From: Marsupella aquatica
Lineage: Eukaryota > Plantae > Marchantiophyta
Reading direction: 5' to 3'
Length of the DNA: 64,000 nt
Assembly (NCBI GenBank): GCA_973895155.1
Contig: OZ316892.1
Location: forward strand, 16,296,357-16,360,356
This document shows, one piece after another, positions 49,669-60,636 of this stretch. Under the pieces are notes generated by a model. It had not been told where the DNA came from. It was given only the letters and a program-made list of their open reading frames with translations, and did no database searches. How positions within the stretch are numbered: the first letter of the stretch is position 1; every line of letters begins with the position of its first letter. A program made the translations under genes and the position numbers.

Positions 49669-49885
49669 AATTCAGCCTTTGACTTTGTATTTATTCATAT
49701 CAATCTAAAATACTTCTCGGTCTCACAGAATGCGCTCAAGAATTAAAGTCTCCATATCCGTCTACACATTGTGAGGCTTCTAAAAATGGTATGTAGGTTA
49801 ATTTTCTTTTTTGTCAGCCATTGTCTTGTATTTTTGGACTGAGACAATCCTAATCCAAAGTTCACTTTTGGTCTTTTCTCTAAGA

Positions 49886-50944
49886 ATGGTGTTTGGTGCA
49901 CTTGCAAAATCGAGACCTGGTCCCCTCAAGCGGAAGTTGCTGATTTTGGACCTTAATAAAATACTTTGGGATTCTATTGAATTCCAAAGCAAGGGCACAT
50001 CCAGGAATATTGTTACCTCAAGTGGAGTGCATTGGGATAGATCAAATGGAACTAGTCGCATGTATACAGAGAGGCCACGGCTCCATGAGTTTCTAAAGTT
50101 GGTTTTTGACCGGTTTGACGTTGCAATTTGGACATGTGCTGGGATGCCGCGAACAGTGAAAATGTTGAACATGATGTTCACAATTGAGGAGCGGTTGAAA
50201 CTGAAGTTTGTATTCACACAGGTGGAAGCCTTTGACACAGGCATTCAAAGGTGTGACGTTACAAATGGAAAGGCAAATGTGCTATTGAAGGATTTTCGGG
50301 TGGTATGGAGTGCATTTGGAAATCTATATGATGAAACCAACACACTCCTTGTGGATGACTCCCCCTTGAAGGCATTTGCCAACCCAGACATGACCGGACT
50401 ATTTCCAGTGCCCTACACGCATGCCAATCGTGGAGACAATTTTCTTCTAACAATTCTTTGGCCATGTCTTGAGAAACTGTCACATGCAAGTGACATTCGT
50501 TGTTATCTTCTCCTAAACTCTCCAAAGTGGTCTCTATTGCACATTAAGAGAGACAAGGCAAAAAATGAGATTACTTATGATCAACTTAGTAAGAGATGTG
50601 CAGCAAAAATTTGGAAGTCACAGTATAGGCATAGTGTGCTGGACCTCAATAACAATGAGATTCCTTGGGCTGTGAAGCACCGTATATGTAGCTTACGTCC
50701 TGAGGTGGAACTTGACGATGCACTTGTCACCTCACTTGCTAGATCATTTGTAGGACGGGAATATTCAGGTCTATATAGAGAAAATCCCAGACATTTTTTG
50801 CGGGAGATTATAGCAGTTAGGAACAACACCACCAAATTTCATCTCCCTGAAGATAAAGGGAGTTGCAACCGTGACATTAGGGTAGATAGTAAAGGAGACA
50901 AAGGCACGTGCTCAAATAAATATTGTAAGGAGCACTTTGTTTAG
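49886..50944 (+). CDS. FCP1/SCP (NIF) family HAD phosphatase-like protein, intronless
   Basis: Motifs KRKLLILDLNKILW, ERPRLHEFL...FDVAIWT, LKDFRVVW and NTLLVDDSPLKAFANP. Confidence 0.88.
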   Translation: MVFGALAKSRPGPLKRKLLILDLNKILWDSIEFQSKGTSRNIVTSSGVHWDRSNGTSRMYTERPRLHEFLKLVFDRFDVAIWTCAGMPRTVKMLNMMFTIEERLKLKFVFTQVEAFDTGIQRCDVTNGKANVLLKDFRVVWSAFGNLYDETNTLLVDDSPLKAFANPDMTGLFPVPYTHANRGDNFLLTILWPCLEKLSHASDIRCYLLLNSPKWSLLHIKRDKAKNEITYDQLSKRCAAKIWKSQYRHSVLDLNNNEIPWAVKHRICSLRPEVELDDALVTSLARSFVGREYSGLYRENPRHFLREIIAVRNNTTKFHLPEDKGSCNRDIRVDSKGDKGTCSNKYCKEHFV

Positions 50945-51200
50945 AGATCTGACTCATGTTAAGCGCATTAGATAGTAAAAATGGGTGTCAGCCCTGGATA
51001 TTCATTGTAAGTTTGGACACAATTGTATATAATTATTTTCACACATTATCAATCAATGGTCCTTGCCTGGGCTTCTTTGTGCGGAAATGTTTTTACAAGT
51101 ATGATCTCTATCCCATGGTTCTTTGTGAACTAATAAATAATATAATACTATTATAATTAATATAATATAATATAATATATTAATATAATACTAATAAGAT

Positions 51201-51289
51201 TTGGCCTATAAAGTGTACATTTAGGTATCAAAAAGTGTATATTTGGGCTTCGTAAAGTGTACATTTGGGGACATAAAAGTGTACATTTC
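51201..51289 (+). repeat. Right subterminal AAAGTGTACATTT repeats
   Basis: Four copies, in the same orientation as the left-end copies. Confidence 0.85.
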
Positions 51290-51337
51290 AGGACTGATTT
51301 GTGAACAAAAGAAAATACACTTTTAATGAATAGGCTG

Positions 51338-52190
51338 ATCCATCCTCGAAGGAACAAGTACATAATCCTGGCCACTGATTATGCAACTAAGTGGGTGGAG
51401 GCCAGGCCGACAATGAAGGATGATGCAATTACTACGGCTCAATTCATGTTTGAGCAGATCTTCACCAGGTATGGCGCACCACTAGAATTAGTTAGTGATA
51501 GAGGAACCCATTTTCTGAATGATATAATTAGTCGTTTAAATAAGCAGTATTTAGTTAGACATAGGCCTACTACTCCTTACCACCCAAAGGCAAATGGGTT
51601 GACAGAACGAGCCAATGGAATTGTAGGAAAGATATTAAATAAGACCGTAGCCCAGAACAAACTCAATTGGGATGATAAATTGTTTGCTGCTGTTTTTGCT
51701 TACAATTTAGCCTATAAATCCACTACCGGTCATACACCCTTTTTCTTAACATTTGGACAGGAAGCTCTGGTACCCATGCAACTTGAGATTCCTACATTTC
51801 AAGTTACAATTAAAGAGAGAGCCTCAGAGGAGGAAAGCCTAGAGGAGCGAGAATATAGATTAGAAGCTTTAGAAGAGGCCAGAATAATTTCAGCCGAGAG
51901 AGTAGAATATAGACTAAATACCATGAAGCAACAGTATGATAAAAAGTTGAAACCAGTTAGTATTCACACATGAGATCTTGTATTACTTTACAACAGTAGG
52001 TATAGTAGATTTATTGGTAAACTTTACACTCGCTAGTTAGGACCCTTCAGGGTAGCCATGAAGTTCTCCAATGGCTCCGTGCAATTGGCCAACATAACTA
52101 GAGAGGTGTCCCTAGTTCGCATTCACTATGACCGCCTCAAGATATACTATATGGACAAAGATGAAGTTGTTCACGAGGACGCTTCACAAT
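51338..52190 (+). pseudogene. pol: Integrase C-terminal fragment of a family-A Gypsy element
   Basis: YIILATDYATKWVEA, SDRGTHF, NGLTERAN, then a degenerate GPF tail with stops. Confidence 0.9.
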
Positions 52191-52191
52191 T

Positions 52192-52204
52192 AAGTGGGGA
52201 GCTA
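52192..52204 (+). promoter_or_regulatory. Polypurine tract of the family-A element
   Basis: AAGTGGGGAGCTA directly before TGTGATG; resembles the B PPT. Confidence 0.8.
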
Positions 52205-52578
52205 TGTGATGCCTAGCCAAGAATCACTAGGCCAGTTTAAATGGTAAAATCAGGAGTGTACCCTGGAAACACATTAGTATAGTAACAAAAACACGGAAAA
52301 TATAAACAATTAAGGGTGATTATGGAACCCGAGCCGAGGCCGGAAGTTAGGACATCGGGAGAGGGAACACGATTAGGGTTAGGGTGTGCTAAGTACAGGC
52401 AGCTATGGGTAACTAACAGGAAGGAAGACCAGGCAGGGGGGTAAGGATCGATCGCAAGGAATGGTGGCTCATTTGCAAGCACGAACTAAGCAGACGACTA
52501 TGTAAAGCAACTACTGTTAGCTGCTTAGGCAAGCACTTGGGGAGGGAGCAGATACCGACTATCAATTCAAGGAAGGGT

Positions 52579-55500
52579 ATGAGCAACGTCAATCAGGCTG
52601 CTCATTTTTTGGGATGCCTGTTAGAACGGGCAACTGAGTACATTGGGACCTACGAGGACGAAGAATCGGAGAGAGCCGCTCAAGAATGGCAGGAGCTTGC
52701 TCGATTGTGGGAGCTGCAAAACTTTGCCTTCTTAGGAGGAGAACTCATCACGGCTGAATTCCTGTGGACACCTACTGGCAACAAACTTGACGATCTTCTA
52801 TTTTGTGAGAACAGAGTAGTTGGCATCCGGGAAGCCATCAACCGCTGCAACAACATACACTGGGAGTTGAAGGGTAGCACGGAGGGGTGGACAAAGGCAA
52901 CTGTGCTAGGAGAAACATCCACGGCAGCAGCTATGAAGAGGAAAGGGAATGCCAACGAAGTGACCACCCCTGCAAAGAGAACGAGGTCGGTGGCACCAAG
53001 GAAGCCAGCCGAGCAAGGGAGCAGGAGGCAGGACGAAGCCGAAGAAGAGGAGGTTGACCCCATCAATGTCGTTCCAACAAGAGATGACACCTGGAAAGGT
53101 TGGGCGGCGACCCTCCCCGAGGAACTGCAACTACACTTTGCAGGTGAAGAGGATGCATGCTTTACGGCTATGCAGACTCGGAAGTACCAGGGCTTCATAG
53201 CCGGATCCAGCTTGGAAGCTTTTGTGAAATTACCATGGCTGAAGCCGATGGTGCCGGATTCAAACTTATTAGAATTTGTGGGATCATGGGAACCTGAGAC
53301 CCATTCCACAAGGGTCTATGGGAAGGATTTCTATCTCACTCCCCGGGTGATTGCCAAAGTGTTTGGCTTGCCGATGGGCAATAAGACCAAAGTAGATACT
53401 TGGAAGACCTTGCCAAACAAGGAGTTCCGATCATTTCCAGGGCCATCAACAAAGAATGGCTTCTTTCGGAACACCTGCACCAACCTGCACATAGGAGAGA
53501 TCATCGATTTCTTGCGGATAACCATGCACTGCAACTTGCCAAGGCCAAAGATTGGCAAGGCACAGGTCTACCTAGCGGAAAGGCCAGACCCAAGCCGGGA
53601 CTACAACGGGTACCTCCTCACCCAACTGAAGAAGATCTTGAAGGAGGAATAGCAGGCGATCGGCATGGGAAGCGTGTCCCGGCTTGGCTATCACATGCCG
53701 CTGTTGTGCCGGTATGCCCAAAGTCAGATCTTTGCCCCGGTACTTCCACTGCAAGCAAGGGCACCAGAGGAGGTTCCGGAATAGAGGCCGGCAACAAAGA
53801 AACCAAACCAGCTTGACAGACTTACAATCAAGCAGGTGTTTAGGCCGAGGACGGAGGACTTGCCGATGCAGCAACCAGGCATGCAGAAATTGTTGGAGAA
53901 GGAAAAGAGAACGACAATGGCAACGGCACAGGTACAGGACACTCCTTCAAAGGTCAGCCTAAGCCGACTCGATCATGAAGGAAAACCCCTTTACCGGAGC
54001 CAAGGAAAGAAGGAGGCCGGAACACGAGCCGGTTGTTTGAATATATGTAGGAGCCTCGAGTCTTGTAGCTGAGGGAAGGCAGCCTAAGGCTCCTGTTTAG
54101 GGGAAACAAAGGGAGAAGACAGCCTGGAAGCCAGAGGAGGAACTAGGACCTGCTAGCTATGATCGGCAAGACCAGGGGAACAGTCGGGGGAGCCGGTAGT
54201 CCAAGCAGTGGAGGAGGCGGTGGAGGACTACGGCAATGATGACTCCGGCTACGGGTCGGACCATCATGTCCCAGGAATAAGGACCTGTGGCCGTTTCATC
54301 CCCCGCTTCCAAGAGTAGTTCGAGGGGACCCCACCCAGCTGAACAGCCCCGAGTCCCGCCCGAGCTTTAACGGCATAAAACAGATGGCACAAGAGTTTCA
54401 AGAGCGACTCAGGGAGGGAGAGAGGGCAACCCTGGCTAGGGAGAAAGATTTACCAGGGGGAGAATGGCCAGAGGACATCAGGCGCCTTGCAGAAAAACAA
54501 AGTAGCCCTCCAGCCACGATAGAAGAAATCCGCAAGGCGGCTTGGGAACAAAGGCCACGATGGTTGATGCCGATGACTTCTACTCACTCCACCTATGCTA
54601 AAGAAAGAGCCATGGAATACGGGGAGATGTGTGGAGAACTTGCGCTCAGCATCTTTGGGGAGGAGTTGGAGCAGGGACCTTTTTCCACAGGGAGATGTTG
54701 GAAAAACGCCGATTAGAAGAAGCGGTGGCTTTGGAGAGAAGAAAGAAAGATGAGGTCATCCATCCACCTAGGGCAAGGGAAGCCAAGGTGGAAGACCTGA
54801 AGGCGGCCAAGAAAGCCCAAGATGAGCTATAGATTAAGCGGCATGAGCTAAACATCATGCAAGGGCAATTGGATACCGCTCAGTCTGATAATCAGATTAT
54901 CAAGGATAAACTGACTTGGACCCAGGGGAGTTGGCCGTTGCGGTCAAGGAAAGGGAGAAGTGGAAGCGGGAGCTGAGGGACGCAGAGGAGGCCCACATAG
55001 CAGCCAACAATCGGGCAAGGAAAGGGAGAAGTGGAAGCGGGAGCTGAGGGACGCAGAGGAGGCCCACATAGCAGCCAACAATCGGGCCATGGCGGAGACT
55101 CAGAGAAGGGAAAGGGCATTGAAGGGGGAACTCAAGGATATCCGCGGAGCCCTTGAGCAGAAGGAGGCCGAGTTAGGGAATCCTATCAAGGGATTATTGT
55201 GCTGCAGCAGAAGCTTGTATCCCTGACGGCCAGCTTCAAGGCCGACCTGCGTGAGAAAGACGACCAGCTCGATCAGACTTATGCCAAGATGAATAAAATG
55301 GAGTCTGAGGTCGTAGCGGAGCTCGACAAGGAGCTAAGAGCAACCCAAGAGGAGAGGGCTACCTTAAAGAAGGAATTGGAGGAAGCCCAAAAGGAGCTCG
55401 AGGAGGCGCGCAAGGACCTAGATGAAGTGCAGGAGGAGTTGGAGGAAAGCACGAGGAAGATGGAGAGCTTACAACGGCGAGCCGACAACCAAACGGAGCG

Positions 55501-55771
55501 GCTAAAGAAACAAGATGCAATATTTAAGTACTTGGCTTCATCAAGTCCAATTGGGGCAACCAAGTTGCCAGGAGTAGTACTGGCCGAAGGACAAGCTGCG
55601 ACACTTGCACCGGTGCCGGAGATAAGTGGCAAGGGAAAGGGACCAGCTGCCAAAATAGGGAAGAAGAAGAAGCGGAAACCTTCTGGGTCAGGGAGTAATG
55701 CGGCTTCTCAAGCCGTCGTGACAGAGGAGGTACAACCAGCGCCAACCTCAGGCACAATCACGGTGGATCCA
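52579..55771 (+). pseudogene. Family-A LTR ORF, copy 2, disrupted
   Basis: Starts at ATG 52579 (MSNVNQAAHFLG). PMD-like core, coiled coil and KKKKRK motif. Carries stops, frameshifts and a 71-bp duplication. Confidence 0.75.
54945..55087 (+). repeat. 71-bp tandem duplication
   Basis: caaggaaagggagaagtgg...aatcggg occurs at 54945 and 55016; single in the other two copies. Confidence 0.9.
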
Positions 55772-58700
55772 TGTGGTGCGTCCCCTGCCTCCCCAAACCC
55801 AAGAAACCCCCTTGCTCAAGCCGATTCCCGCAGGTTTCGTCCTTGGCAAGGCCTTTTCCGCGGCTTAGCGGCATGGGACGCTGCTAACTCTCCTTCAACT
55901 ACTTCTATTAACATTTTACACACATATACTAGACAGATCCTTCGTCGGGTCATGAGATACTTAGCCGGCCTATTCTAGTCCCTCCCTTGTATTCCTCTCC
56001 TGGTCTTCCATTAGGTATGTTTGGATTCCGCCGCCGGAATGATCCCCAATTGGCTTGGTTAAGCTGCTAAGACCTCTCTCAGCTCGACACATCCAACTCT
56101 CACTCCCCTGCTTACTTCTATTCCTCTATTAGTTGATGTGGGCACTCTTCACATAAGTTAATGCGACACACAAATAGCAAAATGACTCCTTCTGACTGAG
56201 TTATACCATGCACTTGCCATACAAACAGTACATCTCATACACAAGCTCTATGAACTAAGCCGTGAGGCCAACTCTATTCAGTTCTTAAGTATGAGGAAAC
56301 ATGAATATACACAAGGGTCATTGTATAACTAACCGAGAGCTTCTCTTACTACTTGATCCCAGCCCTGCTGGTGCAACTAGAAACTTGCTAAAGAAGAGGC
56401 CCTGAACTCCCCGCAGCCCAGGTACTTATCTTGGTTGTGGATCCGCCTAATTCCTTGCAGCGTAAGCCTAATCTACCTACTGTAATCTACCTATGTACAG
56501 CGAGGTAGGAGCACAAGTGTCGTCCACACCCGTGGATCCAAAATCCCACTAATCTAAGTGTCAGGGCCGTCTCCTGATCCTGATCCTAAGTCTAAACTTG
56601 GAGATCAGCGCCCACTCACGCCTCCTACCTCCACGTCCGCCCTCCCTAAAAGGGACGGTGCGCTTACACCGTCACGACACCGGTGGCTGGTCCTCAATGG
56701 ACGCCCCCAACGCTTCCTCCGCAGCCACTGCCGTTGGTCCGTCCTCTGGCAGATTACCTGCCCCTGACCGAGTCAACTCGATCTTCATCGGCCTGACTGG
56801 GTCCACCCTCGGCTTTGGCCTCAGCATCGGTCACGGCCTCTACTACGGCTACGGCCTCTGCTACGGCTACGGCCTCTAATACGGCTACGGCCTCCCCGAT
56901 ATGTTCTAGTGGAGGATCCGGTACCTCGGCAGCATTACTGGTTCTCCCGGCCTCGGCCTTGCCATCTCCACTTCCTAGGACTGGTGGATCCACCGCCGTG
57001 CCGATGCCGGAGGTTGGTGCCAGGTTTATCTTCTCGATCACAACGGCTTGAGAAGCCGTATTACTCCCAGACCTAGAAGGTTTCCGCTTCTTCTTCTTCC
57101 CTATTTCGACAGCCGGTTCCTTCCCCTTGCCACTTACCTCCGGCACGGGGGTGAGTGTTACGGCTTGTCCTTCGGCCAATACTACCCCTGGTAACTGGAT
57201 TCCCCCAATTGGAGTTGGACCTGATGAAGCCAAGCATTTAAATACTGCGGCTTGTGTCTTCAGCCGCTCCGTTTGGTTGTCGGCCCGCCGCTGTAGGTTC
57301 TCCATCTTCCTCGTGATTTCCTCCAACTCCTCCTGGGTCTCATCCAGGTCCTTGCGCGCCTCCTCCAGCTCCTTATTGGCTTCCTCCAATTCTTTTTTCA
57401 AGGTAGCCCTCTCCTCCTAGGTTGCTCTTAGCTCCTTGTCGAGCTCTGCTACGACCACAGACTCCATCTTATTCATCTTGGCATAAGTCTGGTCGAGCTG
57501 GTCGTCCTTTTCATGCAGGTCGGCCTTGAAGCTGGCCGTCAGGGACGCACGCTCCTGCTACAGCGCAATAATCCCTTGATAGGATTTCCCTAACTCTGCT
57601 TCCTTCTGCTCAAGGGCTCCGCGGATATCTTTGAGCTCTCCTTTCAACGCCCTCTCCCTTCTCTGGTTCTCCGCCATGGCCCGATTGTTGGTTGCTAAGT
57701 GGGCTTCCTCTGCATCCCTTAGCTCCCGCTTCCATTTCTCTCTTTCTTTGACTACGCCGGCCAACTCTCCTAGGGTCCGAGTCAGTTTATCTTTGATAAT
57801 CTGATTGTCAGACTTAGCGGTATCCAACTGCCCTTGCATGATGTTTAGCTCATGCCGCTTAATCCGCAACTCATCTTGGGCTTTCTTGGCCACCTGCAGG
57901 TCTTCCACCTTGGCTTCCTTCTCCCTAAGCCGCCGGATGACCTCGTCCTTCTTGCTTCTCTCCAAAGCCACCACTTCTTCTAATCGATGCTTTTCCAACA
58001 TCTCCCTTTGGAAAAAGGGTCCCTGCTCCAACTCCTCCCCAAAGATGCTGAGCGCCAGGTCCCCACACATCTCCCCGTACTCCATGGCTCTATCCTTAGC
58101 ATAGGTGGAGTAACTAGAAGTCATCGGCATCAACCACCGTGGCCTCTACTCCCAAGCCGTCTTGCGGATTTCTTCTACGGTGGCAAGAGGGTTGCTTCTT
58201 TTTTCGGCAAGCCGCCTGATGTCCTCCGGCCAATCTCCTCCTGGTAAATCCTTCTCCCTAGCCAGGGCTGCTCTCTCTTCCTCCCTAAGTCGCTCCTGAA
58301 ATTCTTGTGCCGTCTGCTTTATGCCGTCAAAGCTCGGGGGAGCAACCTCTGGTGGGGGAGACTCGGAGTTACTCTGTTGGGTGGGGTCCCCTCGAACTAC
58401 TCTTGGAAGCGTGGGGATAAATCGGCCACAGGTCCTTACTCCTGGAACATGATGATCCGACCCATAGCCGGAGTTATCATTGTTGTAGTCCTCCACCGCC
58501 TCCTCCACTACTTGGACTCACGGCTCCTCTGCCTCTGATTTGGGGCTTGAGGCTCCCACGTACATTCGCACTCCCGGCTTGTGTTCCGGCCTCAATCTCT
58601 CCTTGGTTCCGGTAAAGGGGTCTTCCCTTCTGAGTCGGCTTAGGTCGACTTTTGGGGCAGCGTGCTGTATCGGTGCCATTGCCAGAACTGTTCTCTTTTC

Positions 58701-60408
58701 CTTCTCCAGCAATTTCAGCAGATTTTGCATGCTTGGTTGCTGCATCGGCAAGTCTTCTTTCCTTGGCCTAAACACCTGCTCGATCGTCGGACTGTCGGGC
58801 TTGTTGGGCTTCTCTGGTGCCGGCCTCTGCTCTGGGACCTCCTCTGGTGCCCTTGCCGATAGGGGAAGTAATGGGGCAAAGATTTGACTTCTGGCATACC
58901 GGCACAACAGCGGCATGTGATAGCCAAGCCGGACACGCTTCCCATGCCGATCGCCTGCTATTCCTCCTTCAAGATCTTCTTCAGTTGGTTGAGGAGGTAC
59001 CCGTTGTAATCCCGGCTTGGGTCTGGCCTTTCTGCCAGGTAGACCTGAGCCTTGCCGATCTCTGCCCTCGGCAAGTTACAGTGCATGGTCACCCGCAAGA
59101 AATCGATCATCTCTCCGATGTGCGGGTTGGTGCAGGTGTTCCGGAAGAAGCCATTCTTCGTTGATGGTCCTGGGAACGACCGGAACTCCTTGTCAGGTAA
59201 GGTCTTCCTGGTATCAACCTTGGTCTTATTACCCATCGGCAAGCCAAACACCTCAGCAATCACCCGGGGAGTGAGATAAAAATCCTTCCCATACACCCTC
59301 GTGGAATTGGTCTCGAGTTCCCATGATCCCACGAATTCTAATAAGTCTGAGTCCGGCACCTCTGGCTTCAGCCATGGTAATCTTATGAAGGCTTCCAAGC
59401 CGGATCCGGCCATGAAGCCTTGATACTTCTTGGTTTGCATGGCCGTAAAGCATGCATCCTCCTCCCGTGCAAAGTGTAATTGCACTTCCTCCGGTAGGGT
59501 CGCCGCCCAGCCTTTCCAGGTGTCATCGTTTGTTGGAATGGCATTGATGGGATCGACCTCTTCCTCATCGGCTTCTCCCCTTGTCCTACTCTACTGCTCT
59601 GCTGGCTTCCTAGGTGTCGCCGACCTCGTTCTTTTTGCCGGGGTGGCCTCTTCGTTGTTGTTTCCTTTCCTCTTCATCTCGGCTGCCATGGATGTTTCTC
59701 CTAGCAAGGTTGCCTTCGTCCACCCCTCCGTGTTACCCTTCAACTCCCAGTGTAGGTCGTTGCAGCGATTGATGGCTTCCCGGATGCCGACGATTCTGTT
59801 TTCGCAAAACAGAAGGTCATCGAGCTGATTGGCAGTAGGAGTCCACAAGAACTTGGCCTTGATAAGTTCTCCTCCTAAGAAAGCCGTCTTCTGCAGTTCC
59901 TAGAGCCGAGCGAGCTCCTGCCATTCTCGAGCTGCTCTCTCCGATTCTTCATCCTCTCAAGTCCTGACGTACTCACCTGCCCGTTCGAACAGGCATCCCC
60001 AAAAATGTGCCGCTTGATTGACGTTGCTCATACCCTCCTTGAGTCGATCGTTGGTATCTATTCCCACCCCGAGTGCTTGCCTAAGCAGCTGACAGCATTT
60101 GGCCTCCCGTAGTCATCTGCCCAGTTCGTTCTTGCAAATGAGCCGCTATTCCTCGCGAGCGGTCCTTACCCCTCTCCTCCTCTGGTCTCCCCTCCCGTCG
60201 GTCACCCCTAGCCACCGACGCTTAGCGCACCCTAACCCTAATTGTGTTCTCTCCCCTGACGTCCTTACTTCTGGCCTCGGCCCGGTTTCCATAGTCACCC
60301 TTAATTGTTTATATTTTCCTTGTTTTTGTTCCTATACTAAGGTGTTTCCAGGGTACACTCCTGCTTTACCATGTAAACCGGCCTAGTGATTCCTAGCTAG
60401 GCATCACA
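55772..60408 (-). mobile_element. Family-A solo LTR (4637 bp) inserted in opposite orientation into a family-A LTR
   Basis: TG...CA termini and TSD ATCCA (55767-55771, 60409-60413). Confidence 0.95.
56672..60031 (-). pseudogene. Family-A LTR ORF, solo-LTR copy (~1100 codons, disrupted)
   Basis: ATG at 60031. Pieces 59591-59848, 58958-59485, 58518-58916, 58146-58508, 57558-58133 and 56754-57401 are separated mostly by single stops. Confidence 0.78.
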
Positions 60409-60636
60409 ATCCACCCCTAGAAGGTGGGGATGGTAAGGCCAAGGCCGGAACAATCAGTGATGAAGCCGGGGTATCGGATCCTCCACTAGAGCATGTCGGG
60501 GAGGCCGTAGCCGTATTAGAGGCCGTGGCCGATGCTGAGACCAAAGCTGAGGGTGGACTCAGTCAGGCCGATGGAGAGTTGACTCGGTCCGGGGCAGGTA
60601 ATCTGTCAAAGGACGGACCTACGGCAGTGGCTGCGG

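Larger units (their letters stand above)
38300..51337. mobile_element. TIR DNA transposon with Sola-like DDD transposase and two cargo genes
   Basis: TIR CAGCCTATTCATTAAAAGTGTATT at 38300, with its exact reverse complement ending at 51337. Flanked by AT on both sides, with subterminal repeats at both ends. Confidence 0.88.

Noticed and set aside
55199-55978. 259-aa ORF with a novel C-terminus
   Set aside because: It reads through the junction into the inverted solo LTR at 55772.
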